The position numbers and the translations under genes were made by a program. A model generated the notes under the pieces. The model searched no databases and was not told where the DNA came from. It saw nothing but the letters and a program-made list of their open reading frames with translations. DNA of 64,000 nt, from positions 27,652,001 to 27,716,000 of the forward strand of contig OX597834.1 in assembly GCA_951406725.2 (NCBI GenBank), given 5' to 3'. This DNA comes from Octopus vulgaris (lineage: Eukaryota). Of the stretch, positions 26,903 to 39,253 are shown one piece after another (the stretch's first letter is position 1; each line of letters begins with the position of its first letter).

Positions 26903-27711
26903 ATAATAGATCCCATAAATAATGTCATATACTTCTTTCATTTTTCAAAATTTAGATATACCAAGTTCTTTTTTAATCTAAAATATATTCTTCATTTTCT
27001 ACATTGTTCTTCCATCCAATTGGTTGACTTGCAAGGCCCCTCTTCCAAAATTCACTTGCCCGTGACGAAAAATACTCCTCCAGTATTGTTCTGGTCTCGT
27101 CTGTAGAATTTATATTTTTTCCGTCCGAACGATTTTGAAGACTGCAGAATAAATGATAATCAGATGGGGCAATGTCCGGCGAATATGGTGGGTGGAGCAT
27201 CGTTTCCCATTCAAACTGCTCCAGCCTTTGGAATGTCATCCTCGCTGTATGTGGCCGAGCATTATCCTGACGGAAGAACATCTTTCCTCTTGAAATCAAA
27301 GATGGTCGTTTGCCTTCTAACGCTGACTTAAGTCGCTCAAGTTCCTCACAGTTGGTCTCATTTCTTATCGTTTGGTTTGGGTTTAAAAGTTCAATGTGGA
27401 CTAAATCTTTCATAACCCACCATGCTGATACCAACACCTTTCCCTATCCACTGTTTTCAGCGCTTGACATTTTTATAGAGAACCCATTTCTCGTCACCAG
27501 TCACTATTCAGTCCAAAAATGGTTCATTCGTGAGACGTGACAGCAAAGAAGAGCACACATTCACTCTCTGCGTGCGATTAGACTCGGAAAGTTTGTGAGG
27601 AACACATTGACCCAATTTGCTGACTTTTCTGATGGCATGCAGGTGTCGATGAATGGGTTGAATGACCAAATTCAAGTTTCTTTTTACTAGTTCCTCGACA
27701 GTTACGATGCG

Positions 27712-27745
<34 letters not shown>

Positions 27746-27870
27746 ATGGCTTATGTTTATTGTCCGATGCCCATATATTGCATTTATATTCCCCGCACTT
27801 TCCGTGGCGCTGTTGCCTTTATTGAACTCACAAAGCAAAATATGCCGAAAATGCTCTTGTAAAATATGTA
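26903..27870 (-). pseudogene. Tc1/mariner (DD34D) transposase pseudogene with one TIR remnant
   Basis: HTH HFRHILLCEFNKGNSATESA, linker CVPHKL, IVTGDEKW, QDNARPH, HPPYSPDIAPSDYHLF; stops, frameshifts and a (CA)n insertion; TIR-like tcccataaataatg near 26911. Confidence 0.92.
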
Positions 27871-28047
27871 AAATATGCCGAAAATGCATGTATGTATTTA
27901 TGTATACTTGTATGGTTGTATTTATGTGTGTTTGCATGTTTGTGTGTACGTTAGAAATCCAAAAACATTCTCGGTTTCTGATCAATTGTAGATCAGTTCT
28001 TGTCCAGTAACTCTAAACTTATAGACAATGAGAAACCAGATTCTTAC

Positions 28048-28365
28048 CACCAATGGAGAAGTTCTTAAGCAGATCAGGCCGAAAATGTCGCTAGAAGCTG
28101 AGATCACCAAGCGTAGATTGGCATATTTCGGTCATATTATGCGGAGAGAATCCCTGGAGAAGGACATCATGCTCGGAATGGTCAGTGGCAAGAGATGAAG
28201 AGGTCGACCAAGAACCCACTGGCTTGACACCATCAGGAGTATGTATGTATGTATGTATGTATGAACATGGCCAATCTGAAGGAAGCGGCCCAGGATAGAA
28301 CTGACTGAAGGACACTGATCCAACGAGTGACCGAGAGTCGACTTCGACTGAGCGGATAGAGAGAG
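28048..28365 (+). mobile_element. RTE (BovB-like) LINE 3' end
   Basis: TNGEVLKQI...RRLAYFGHIMRRESLEKDIMLGMVSGKR*RGRPRTHWLDTI...AQDRTD*RTLIQRVTESRLRL. Confidence 0.88.
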
Positions 28366-28829
28366 TTATTTTTTATACCAAGCACTACATTTTCCAATTT
28401 GCCCTTCTTAATTTTAACCAGATAAAGTACAAACTGAGATAGATTTTTTTCTGTTACGTCTAGCACATCTTGCGACCGAATACGAACCATTTCGTTGGAG
28501 TAATTATGTTTGCGGGTAGCTAAGACCGCATAGTTGTAAACAAATACATTTCTACCTAAATCAACAATTGGGGGTGGGGGTAGATGTGGAAGACAGCGCT
28601 GAATGCTGTCAGGCAGGTCGAGGATCAAACGGTAGGTAGGTCTATAAGCAAACAGCTGGTATTTTAAGTAGGAAGACAGGTAGGTCGGTGGTTGAATAAA
28701 GTGGTGGTAACAATAGTTACAATAGTTGTGTGTATTTTGAGAGACAGAACAGAGCAGATAAATTGGTCTATGTATGTATGTATATATGTTTGTAATCTTT
28801 CTATCTATATATCTCACTTTATCTTCTCA

Positions 28830-28913
<84 letters not shown>

Positions 28914-28958
28914 TTATATACATATATATACATACATATATACATATATATATATATG

Positions 28959-28998
<40 letters not shown>

Positions 28999-29026
28999 TA
29001 TATATATATGTATATATGTATGTATA

Positions 29027-29081
<55 letters not shown>

Positions 29082-29262
29082 CATTTGGAAAACTGACAAT
29101 GTCAATCTGTTTCAATTAAGAATCAGTCCAGTCTAGTTTTTTTATGTATCTCTAATCGCGCGCGCATACACGCAATCACACACCTGTATGTATGTATGTA
29201 TGTATGTATGTATGTATGTATGTATATATATATATATATATGTATATATATAAGCCTCTATA

Positions 29263-29296
<34 letters not shown>

Positions 29297-29386
29297 ATAA
29301 ATATAGGAATATCCAAAATTACAGGGAAAAAATCAGATTTATATTAAATATTTTATAGTAAAATATATTATTATATATATATATAT

Positions 29387-29490
29387 TAAGAAGTTTGCCT
29401 TCCAGCCATATGGTTCTGGGTTCAGTCCCACTGCGTGGCACCTGGGCAAGAATTTTCTTTCATAGGCCCAGGCCGACCAAAGCTTTGTGA
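29387..29490 (+). mobile_element. SINE A head fragment, local duplicate of 29677-29780
   Basis: Near-identical 104 bp sharing private variants (gcacctgggcaagaattttctttcatagg). Confidence 0.85.
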
Positions 29491-29563
29491 TATACAAATG
29501 TGGTTTTATTCTAAAATATTTTATATATATATATATATATTATATATATATATTATATTATAT

Positions 29564-29600
<37 letters not shown>

Positions 29601-29612
29601 ATATATTATATA

Positions 29613-29656
<44 letters not shown>

Positions 29657-29669
29657 GTGCTTGTATATC

Positions 29670-29825
29670 TGTGTGGTAAGAAGTTTGCCTTTCAGCCATA
29701 TGGTTCTGGGTTCAGTCCCACTGCGTGGCACCTGGGCAAGAATTTTCTTTCATAGGCCCAGGCCGACCAAAGCTTTGTGAGTGAATCTTGAAGACGGAAA
29801 CTGGAAGAAGCCCGTTCTGTACTAT
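29670..29825 (+). mobile_element. SINE A 5' half
   Basis: gtgtggtaagaagtttgcc...gacggaaactggaagaagcccg. Confidence 0.85.
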
Positions 29826-29864
29826 ACACACACACATATACACATATATAAATGTATGTATTTA

Positions 29865-30071
29865 TTCTTTTACTTGTTTCAGTAATTTCACTGTGGCCAT
29901 AATGGAGCACCGCCTTTAGTCAAACAAATCGACACCAGGACTTATTCTTTTGTAAGCTTAATACTTATTCCATAGGTCTGTTTTACTGAACCGCTAAGTT
30001 ACGAGGTAAACGCACGAATATAAGCAAACACACACACACAAATACATGCACGCGCGCGCACACACACTCAC

Positions 30072-30111
<40 letters not shown>

Positions 30112-30282
30112 CTACATACTTACATACATACGACGGGCTTCTTTCAGTTTCCGTCCACTGAATCCACTCACAAGGCTTTGGTCGGCCAGTGGCTATAGCA
30201 GAAGACATTTGCCCAATGGGATTGAACCTGGGACCATGGGGTTGGGAAGCAAGCTTCTTACCACATAACCACTCCCACGCCT
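29865..30282 (-). mobile_element. SINE family A, diverged copy
   Basis: Tail cttttacttgtttcag through head accacataaccactcc. Confidence 0.85.
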
Positions 30283-30979
30283 ATATATGTGTGTGTGTGT
30301 GTGTGTGTGGGTGTATCTGCACATACATGCAGATGCAGCCACACATGCACATACGCGCACACACACACATCATTTATCTTTTACTCATTTCCATCATTAG
30401 ACTGCGGCCATGCTGGTGCACCGCCTTGTAGAATTAATAGTCGAATGTTTCGAGCCCGTATCTATATTTCGCTTAATCCATCCTCCCCTTCTATCTTTAT
30501 CTCTCTTTCTTTCTCTCCTTCCCTTTCTCTCTCTCTCTCTCTCTCTTTCTTTCTCTCCTTCCCTTTCTTTCCCTTTCTCTCTCTCTCTCTCTCTCTTCCT
30601 TTCTCTCATTCTCATTGTTATTAAATTTGACTACCGTTCTATTGCTGTCAGAACACACGAAAGACCCAAAGCTGCTCCAGATATAAGCTCTGCATCCTCT
30701 TCTTGTGCCTTGTGTATCTTGGAGTACATTAACCACCAGTTCATCAATAGAGACCTACAACAACCCTTCGACCCCATGCCATATTTTCTTCGTTAATCGC
30801 TTCAATATGTTCGACACATTTACTGAGGCCTATTGATTCCGGTATTCTGTAATCATTATTCTCTAATTCTCTAATTCGCTAATTCCTTAATTCTTTAATG
30901 ATAGTGATAAGCGTGATAATAGAGGTCGTATTGCCGGTGATAGCGTTAAGGTGGCTTTGGCGTTGTTGACGGCTAGTAG

Positions 30980-31066
30980 AGGTGGTGGTGGTGGTGGTGG
31001 TGGTAGTGGTGGTGATGGTGGTGGTGGTAGTGGTGGTGGTGGTGGTGGTGGTGGTGGTGGTGGTGT
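30980..31066. repeat. (GGT)n microsatellite
   Basis: Direct reading; source of the poly-Pro and poly-Gly pseudo-ORFs. Confidence 0.95.
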
Positions 31067-31577
31067 AGGCTGTGTTTGCCAGGTGAAAATAAATAGCCTT
31101 ACTGTTGACATTGTTTATATATTGATTAAATAAGCGAATATATATAATTATTATTGTTCAATAATAATCCGGCGATTAACTCTACATCCGTTTCGACTTC
31201 AGCCATCTTCCTCCTCCTTATTTAAACCCTACATCCACCATCCCACTCTCGAATATAATGCCTTGTCATCATAATGGATAATTATCATTTCATAATTTCT
31301 ATAGGATTATGGTTCTTTGTATCTTTGTGTGTGTTTTTTTATTATATTTTTATTACTGTGTATGCGTGTGCGTGTTTGCCTGTACATACATACATACTTA
31401 CATACATATGCGTGTGCATTTATACATGTGTATCATAGAGACACACACACATATACATACTCGCGTATATATATATATCTATATATGTGTATGTATGTAT
31501 ATATGTATGTATATATATGCATATATATATATATGTGTGTGTGTGCGCGTGTATGTACGAATGTATGTGTCTGTTTG

Positions 31578-31609
<32 letters not shown>

Positions 31610-31661
31610 CACAAATTACAAACATGCATACACAGGCATTTTCACGTAATCTATCTATTTG

Positions 31662-31713
<52 letters not shown>

Positions 31714-32266
31714 GCTAGCTAGCTAGCTAGCTATCTATCTGTCTGTCTGTCTTTATCTGTCTGTCTGTTTGTCTATCTGTCTATCTATCTACCTATCTAT
31801 CACTATATGTATATATTGGTAAATAGATATATGAATATAGATATATACATACACACATCAACACTTTTGTATACATACAGACCCTCTCTCTTTCTCTGTT
31901 TGTCTCTCTATCTCTCTCGCTCACACAAACACACACACATATATGTATATATATATGTGCGTGTGCGTGTGTGCGTGTGTGTGCGTGTGTGTGTGTATGT
32001 GTGTGTGTGCGTGTGTGCGTGTATACGCGTGCATACATATATAGGTTTGTCTAGTAAGCCGGAGGTAGCTGGCTTTTATCCTTCCGGGACAGGTAAAACC
32101 AAAGTAATGATGATGCAATGAAGTGAAGAATATCGTAAGATACTCCCCCTCCTGCTCCTGCTCTTCCTCTTACTCCTCCTCCACCTGTTTTTCGTCCTAA
32201 TACATGTGACCTTGTCCTAGTTTTAGAGATCATTACAATCATGTGTATGTGTATATGAATGTGTGC

Positions 32267-32312
<46 letters not shown>

Positions 32313-32490
32313 AAATATTAGGGAATAAATTTTAAGAATTGAACAGCCATGAAACGATCGTAGTGTTATATTAATTATCTTTTTTAATAATTTTGATATA
32401 TATTTAAATAATATAAATTAATTAATCTTATGTATTGGCTTAAGTTTTTCATTGTATGATTTGCCTAATAGTGGTTTTATCTCTAATTTA

Positions 32491-32559
<69 letters not shown>

Positions 32560-32914
32560 AAATGTATGTGTAAGTATTTTGAGACAAACAGATATATAAA
32601 CGAGTATACATATAAATATATCTATATCAATATTAATCAGCAGATTGTACAGTTTTAGGTATTAATCGCTAAAAGTTACTGAGTGATTTATTGGCCGACT
32701 GTTTTGTGCATTTGGAAATTTCGATATAGGCCAATATTGTCCTTTTTTAAGAGCAATCGCTTCTTGTTACTGTTCGAGTTTTCTCTGAACAGTCAGCTGT
32801 TAGTTTCCTGGAAAGAAACAATACAGTTATAAATAAGAGTGTTTGAAATTAATGCATGCAAGACTTCACAGCTCTATCATTACTCCTTCATAGTCAGTAA
32901 TTTGACCCAGATAT

Positions 32915-33115
32915 AAATATATATCTGTAAATATAATATCTGACAATTATTCGGTAGCCATGATAAATCTCCGAGTTTCGGACGTCGGGGCAGAAACCCA
33001 ATCAGACATCTCTTCAGTTATCCGGTCATTGTCACATTATATTTACAGATAAATTCCTCTATTTACATAATATCGAGGTCTCTTTTATTCTTTTGTTGTC
33101 TTACCATTTCTATCA
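32915..33115 (-). mobile_element. TA-embedded Penelope-like element with degenerate hammerhead at 32962-33022
   Basis: GATAA-CTGAAGA-GATGTC...GACGTCC-GAAA-CTCGGAG-AT-TTATC; helix I is perfect, but U16.1 appears mutated. Confidence 0.6.
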
Positions 33116-33125
33116 ATATATACAT

Positions 33126-33180
<55 letters not shown>

Positions 33181-33182
<2 letters not shown>

Positions 33183-33273
33183 TTAATCCAAACGGGAAAA
33201 CAGAAAAAACAACAACACGTGGAACAATTACAGTATTATTATTATTAGGCGCTCAGGAAAATGGAAGAAGGAG

Positions 33274-33276
<3 letters not shown>
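33181..33276 (-). mobile_element. Truncated copy of the 61209-61418 element
   Basis: gttaatccaaac...cgctcaggaa...gaaggagggt; it stops just before the hammerhead. Confidence 0.65.
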
Positions 33277-33315
<39 letters not shown>

Positions 33316-33346
33316 TATATGTATGTATGTATGTATGTATATATAT

Positions 33347-33411
<65 letters not shown>

Positions 33412-33444
33412 TGTATGTATGTATGTATGTGTGTGTGTATGTTT

Positions 33445-33630
33445 GTGTGTTTGTCTCCCCAACATCGCTTGACAACCGATGCTGGTGTGTTTACGTCCCT
33501 GTAACCTAACGGTTCGACCGATACAGAAAGTACTAGGCTTACAAAGAATAAGTTGTAGGGTCGATTTGTTCTACTAAAGGCGTTGCTCCAGCATGGCCGC
33601 AGTGAAATAACTGAAACAAATAAAAAAAAG
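33445..33630 (+). mobile_element. SINE A 3' half
   Basis: cttgacaaccgatgctggtgtgtttacg...ctccagcatggccgcagt. Confidence 0.85.
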
Positions 33631-34139
33631 AAAAGAATGTACATGTATGCACACACACATATACACATACGCATACATCCACGCACATGCCTATATTCAC
33701 ACATAGACGCATACACACACACACATATATACATAGAATTGACAAACACATGCATACACATATATTTATACACATACACACCACATCACACCATGCCCTA
33801 ACCCCAGCCCCACTCATAAACAACCTCAACAAGGCAATGTCGGAATTATATAAGACGATAACGAGGCCGTACTTGTTCCCGTCAGTGTCAACTTGACGCC
33901 GATATCGGGGCCCCCCCGCTGCTCTAGGACCGCACTTTGTCAACAAAACTGAAAATAACAGCAGGCTTGTCAATGGTTCTTTTCAACATTTAGTAAGAGC
34001 CGAGCCACGAATATTTCTGACGACATATGTATGTATCTATGAAACCCTGGTCTCATCGACTCCCAAACAGGCAACCAGCAGACCGAACGACCAAGCAACC
34101 AAGCAACCAAGCAACCTTCTCCAGTGTCTGCTTTTACGC

Positions 34140-34500
34140 CTTCTTCTTCTTCTTCTTCTTCACTTTCTTCTTCTTCTTCTTCTTCTTCTCTTCTTCTTCT
34201 TCTTCTTCTTCTTCTTCTTCTTCTTCTTCTTTTTCTTCTTCTTCTTCTTCTTCTTCTTCTTCTTCTTCTTCTTCACTTTCTTCTTCTTCTTCTTCTTCTT
34301 CACTTTCTTCTTCTTCTTCTTCTTTTTCTTCTTCTTCTTCACTTTCTTCTTCTTCTTCTTCTTCTTCACTTTCTTCTTCTTCTTCTTCTTCTTCTTCACT
34401 TTCTTCTTTTTCTTCTTCTTCTTCTTCTTCACTTTCTTCTTCTTCTTCTTCTTCTTCTTCTTCTTCTTCTTCTTCTTCTTCTTCTTCTTCTTCTTCACTT
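34140..34500. repeat. (TTC)n microsatellite with recurring TTCACT interruptions
   Basis: Direct reading. Confidence 0.96.
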
Positions 34501-34679
34501 TTTGATATTGTCTAGATTGTCTTTGGGCCCTTGTGACCAATAATTAGTATCGTGACCAATAATTAGTATGCTGTTGCTGGTGTTGTTTCCGGTTTTTTTT
34601 TTTTGCCATCATCATCCTCATCATCATCATCAAAGTTGAAAGTTGAAAGTTGAAAAACCATTACACATATTTCAGGCGC

Positions 34680-35530
34680 AAAGGCCCATCTTCTTAAAGG
34701 TTCAGTCAGAGAAACGTGCCCCATAACACCCAAGTACATTCCAAGCACCATAGATAGTCTATACCAACACGTATTTTAAAGTCACCAAGAACCTCCAACT
34801 TCTCACTCAAAGACACCGAGAGAATACTTCTTCTAAGCTCCTCATAAAATGCATGGATTTTTTCCTCATTAGCTGAAAGTGTAGGAGCATAAATAGAGAA
34901 AATAATTACAAAGGGTCCACAAGAAAGAGGGACCCGGAGTTTCATTATGCGTGTGTTTATGCTTCGTGGTTGTTCTGGCGGTGAGCTGGCAGAAACGTTA
35001 GCACGCCGGGCGAAATGCGTAGCCGTATTTCGTCTGCCGCTACGTTCTGAGTTCAAATTCCGCCGAGGTCGACTTTGCCTTTCATCCTTTCGGGGTCGAT
35101 TAAGTAAGTACCAGTTATGCACTGGGGTCGATATAATCGACTTAATCCGTTTGTCTGTCCTTGTTTGTCCCCTCTATGTTTAGCCCCTTGTGGGTAGTAA
35201 AGAAATAGGTTGTTCTAGGTCTTTTAGCGAATCACTTCTAATTGCCAACCCAACACCACCTTCCCTTTTCTCTCCCTTCGGCTTCCCAACCCAGAATAAT
35301 GTGAAACCTGCTGCTCTTTCGACAAGATGATCTTCATCTGAACACCTTGTTTCAGAAAGGGCTGCAATATCAACATTAATACGCCTTAGCTCCTTAGTTA
35401 CCTGAGCTTTTCTTCTTTCAGACCTATCTGCTCGATCTAAAAGAGTTCTTACATTCCAACAGGACAGGTTAAGAGAAACCTCATTCCTTGCATACTTGTT
35501 ATAAATTCTGAGGCGACCGCAGCTTTTGCT
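34680..35530 (-). pseudogene. RTE-clade LINE apurinic-like endonuclease (APE) domain, interrupted by SINE B
   Basis: LSCWNVRTLLD...ELRRINVDIAALSETR...FWVGKP...REGGVGLAI...[SINE]...RIMKLRVPL...SIYAPT...FYEEL...VLGDF. Confidence 0.9.
34977..35207 (+). mobile_element. SINE family B monomer with 9 bp TSD
   Basis: TSD ggttgttct at 34968-34976 and 35208-35216. Confidence 0.94.
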
Positions 35531-35872
35531 GAGACCCCCTTCGACAATGACTGACCATGGGATTGCACCTAGAAAGTTACCCTCCCAGGCACAAGTCCAG
35601 GCAAGGTTGTTTATGAAAGACAAGCAGTCGCCCATGCATACCAGCTTCCCATCTCCACGCTACCGATGTTATCCAAGAGAAAGGCACAAAGAGGCCGATA
35701 CAGCTTGACACACCTGTGACGTCGCAACTCATTTCTACAGCTGAGTGAACTGCAGCAATGAGAACTAAAGTGTCTTGCTCAAGGACACAATACGCAGCCC
35801 GGTCCGGGATTCGAATTCACAACCTTACGATCGTAAGCTCGACGCTCTAACCACTGAGCCATGCGCCTTCAC
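35530..35872 (-). mobile_element. SINE family E (tRNA head + CORE-like domain + RTE-5'UTR-like body) contiguous with the RTE ORF
   Basis: A box tggctcagtgg (35851-35861), B box gaattcgaatccc (35806-35818), CORE-like ttgtgtccttgagcaagacactt...cactcagctgtagaaatgagt. Confidence 0.82.
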
Positions 35873-35984
35873 GACCGCAGCAGGACAGTGATATAGAAGG
35901 AAGAACGTAACTAAAACATACTTAATATGGCGCTCTGCCGGTCTGCCATAACAGAAATAAGTTTAGGCAGTATGAGGTGAATGT

Positions 35985-36390
35985 TGGCTGTGTGGTAAGT
36001 AGCTTGCTAACCAACCACATGGTTCCGGGTTCAGTCCCACTGCGTGGCACCTTGGGAAAGTGTCTTCTGCTATAGCCCCGGGCCGACCAATGCCTTGTGA
36101 GTGGATTTGGTAGACGGAAACTAAAAGAAGCCTGTCGTATATATGTATATATATATATGTGTGTGTGAGTGTATGTTTGTGTGTCTGTGTTTGTCCCCCT
36201 AGCATTGCTTGACAACCGATGCTGGTGTGTTTATGTCCCCGTTACTTAGCGGTTCGGCAAAAGAGACCGATAGAATAAGTATTGGGCTTACAAAAGAATA
36301 AGTCCCGGGGTCGAGTTGCTCGATTAAAGGCGGTGCTCCAGCATGGCCGCAGTCAAATGACTGAAACAAGTAAAAGAGTAAAAGAGAGTA
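35985..36390 (+). mobile_element. SINE family A, near full length
   Basis: ggctgtgtggtaagtagc...gaaacaagtaaaagagtaaaagag. Confidence 0.93.
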
Positions 36391-36499
36391 TAGCGTTATA
36401 TGACTGTTATATTTATTTATTTTAGATTCTATATTTGCGCTACTGTTGTAGTATTCTCCGTGTTGATGAAGGATGAGTTTTTTTATAGTCCTTATAATT

Positions 36500-36785
36500 G
36501 ACATCATCGACCTCCTCCTTCTCCTCTTACTCCTCCTCTTCGTTGTCGTCATCATCATCATCATCAACATCCTCACGATCATCATAATCATCACCATCAT
36601 CATTGCCGCCATCGCCACCGTCATCACAAGCACGATCATCATGACCATCGTTATCATCGTCGTCATCGTCATCGTCTTCATCATCATCGTCATCATCATC
36701 ATCACCACCATCATCATCATCACTAGCAGCAGCAGCAGCAGCATAGGCAGCAGCATCGTTGTCACCACAACAGTCTTCATAACAT
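36500..36785. repeat. Degenerate (CAT)n/(CAG)n repeat
   Basis: Direct reading. Confidence 0.85.
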
Positions 36786-37229
36786 CTTTTCTGAAATGTT
36801 TTTTTTTTTCATTTTATTTTTTTTTTTTACATTTTTTTTTTTTTTGGATAATCAACGTTTCCTTAACTTTTCCATTACTTCTGTAATTTCCTTCTTCCTT
36901 CATTTCTTTAAAATATATTCGAAGAGAAAACCTTCAACCAACCAAAAGGCAAAGAAAGAATTTGTCAGAGAGAAATTATTCTTATAAGTAATAGCGAGAA
37001 CGAACCAAAATCTCTTTCTCAGCGCCAATCCCTTTCCGTTTTGCACCGTTTTCTTCATACAACTTGTCACGAGAAACAATAGGTACCGCCACAGAAATCA
37101 TTTGCCCGCAGGAATTCAAAGAGTTTTAGTTTGGCAACTTCTATCATTCCATTCCACTGCCACATTTTTCCATTTCAACTTTTTCGCATTGCCAAAATTC
37201 TCTACTGCGATTACGTACATGCGCACACA

Positions 37230-37483
37230 CGCTTCCCTTTCTTGCTTTCTTTCTTTCCTTCTTTCATTCATTCTTTCTTTCTTCCTTTCTTCCTTTCTTT
37301 CTGTCTTTTTTGTTTCCTTCCTTCTTTATTCCTTCCTGCCTCTCCTTTCTTCTTTCTTTCTTTCATTCTTTCTGTTTTTTTTCCTATCTTTCGTTCGTTC
37401 TTTCTCACTTTTCCCTTCTGTATCAATCTCTCTCTTTCTTTCTCTCTCTCTCTCTCTCGCTGTCAGCCTTTATCTCTCTCCCC

Positions 37484-37515
<32 letters not shown>

Positions 37516-37765
37516 CAGCCTTTATATATATATATCTCTCTCTCTCGCTGTCAGCCTTTATATCTCTCTCTCTCTCTCTCTCTCGCACCCTCTTACCCTG
37601 TATCGCTCTCTGTTTCGCACTCTTTCTCTCTCTTTCTCCATCCCTTTCTCTCTCTCTTTCAATCTATACCTGTTTGTCTGTTTCTTTCTGTCTCTGTCTG
37701 TCTCCGTCTCTGCCTTTCTCTCTCTCTCTCTCTCTCTTTCACTCTTTTTCTTTCTCACTCATCCT
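37230..37765. repeat. Polypyrimidine/(CT)n tract containing three copies of ctctcgctgtcagccttta
   Basis: Copies at about 37454, 37505 and 37541. Confidence 0.85.
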
Positions 37766-38251
37766 TCTATATTCCAACATTTCCGATAAAGTTAGATATC
37801 ATGACAATTCTAAATATACCGATTAATCAACTATTTGTTAAATCCCTCTGGTTCGATTTGAACTCGAAATCTTCAACTCACTGTTTTTTAAATTTTCATT
37901 TTATAATACTTATTATTTTTGAAGCTAAATCATGTCAACTTTTTTGTTCTGACATTTTAAAGAATTTTTATGACTTTGATAGTATATTTTTGCAAATATG
38001 AAAAATATCGTGGAAATATGGCGCACATAAAATGATTGTAATTTGATATTTATCAAATTTCTCGCTGCTTATACGAAATGAAGAAATGAATTCTAATTTT
38101 CAAAAGACAAATACTTATTACATTTTAAATTGAATTAAGCAGCATTCAAGCATAAAAATAAAAAAAGAAAAGAACATCACTTTCTATAATGATTATGCAT
38201 CGTGGAAAATCACGCACACACACAGATACACTCACTCTGCCAGACTATTTA

Positions 38252-38308
<57 letters not shown>

Positions 38309-38379
38309 CTCTCTCTCTCTCATTCTCTCTTTCTCTCTTGCTCTCTCTGTCGCTCTCACTGTCTATATATCTTTTTTCC

Positions 38380-38545
38380 CTTTCAGTTACTAGGCTGCGG
38401 CCATGTTGGGGCACCGCCTTGAAAAAACCCCAATGCATAGTTTATTTTTCAAGGCTGATACTTGTTCTATCAGTGTATTTGGCGAACTGCTAGATAACGG
38501 GGACGTCAACACACCAACACCGGTTTTCAAGTGGTGGTGAGGTAA
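38380..38545 (-). mobile_element. Old SINE A 3' fragment
   Basis: ctgcggccatgttggggcaccgcc...acggggacgtcaacacacc. Confidence 0.7.
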
Positions 38546-38705
38546 GCACACACACACACTCACACACACATTCACACCCACACTCATACACACACATATA
38601 CATACAAACATACATACATGTATATATGTATGTATGTATGCATGTATATATATATATATATACATGTATATACGTATATATATACATACTTATATACATA
38701 TATAT

Positions 38706-39253
38706 GGTGGCTGCCCCCCGTTATCGAGTATGGCCATTGCACGAAGCTTAATCAATGTTGTTATCGTGCAATGCCTGTGCAAGAAGATTATTTTTAAAGT
38801 GAGGAAAGGCTGTGCACTGAGTTAATCCCACTCACTAAGCAACAGCAGCCATAATCCGAAAAGAACAAGTCAACATCATCGGTAACCACTGAGCCGCAGA
38901 TTTTATGTCGGAGTTATCACAGTTACCCGAGTTACCTTCTCCTAGAAGGATGCCCTATTAAAGGCTAGGAGTCCTTCACTCCCAATGGTTTAACCGCGCG
39001 ATCGGGTATTCAGTCCGATTATTTCTATGTCCCCGCGCATGATACAGCCTTAAGACATTTATTGGATGGCCGTTGACTCTCAAGAATTCCTCCGCCCTTT
39101 GACGGGTTTTGTTTTTCATCCCGCAGGGTGTCCAATAAACACCCTCCTCACCAAGCAAGCTTGGTGAGGTTGCCGGTTTAGTCGCCAACAACCCGACCAT
39201 GCAACAGGTTGTACTGGGTTACATGTTCCCAGTAGCACTCGAAAGTGACCTGA
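38706..39253 (-). mobile_element. Family F non-coding retroposon (RTE/RTEX-UTR-like), longer copy in (TA)n
   Basis: Homologous to 9085-9422; hairpin-rich putative 5' end; microsatellite on both sides. Confidence 0.75.

Noticed and set aside
26973-27437. SETMAR or a domesticated transposase gene
   Set aside because: Stops, frameshifts, deletions and a microsatellite insertion; no SET domain.
30620-30846. Possible minus-strand exon IPESIGLSKCVEHIE...
   Set aside because: The acceptor lacks a polypyrimidine tract, the frame closes after about 33 codons and no homology is recognised.
30887-31133. Poly-proline (formin-like) or poly-glycine ORFs
   Set aside because: A pure (GGT)n tract with no flanking domain or convincing splice sites.
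34533-34570. Direct repeat gtgaccaataattagtat x2
   Set aside because: A simple local slippage duplication with no element between the copies.
35795-35872. tRNA gene (also 21070-21140 and 16748-16820)
   Set aside because: A and B boxes are present, but the sequence continues into SINE bodies and lacks a convincing acceptor stem or terminator.
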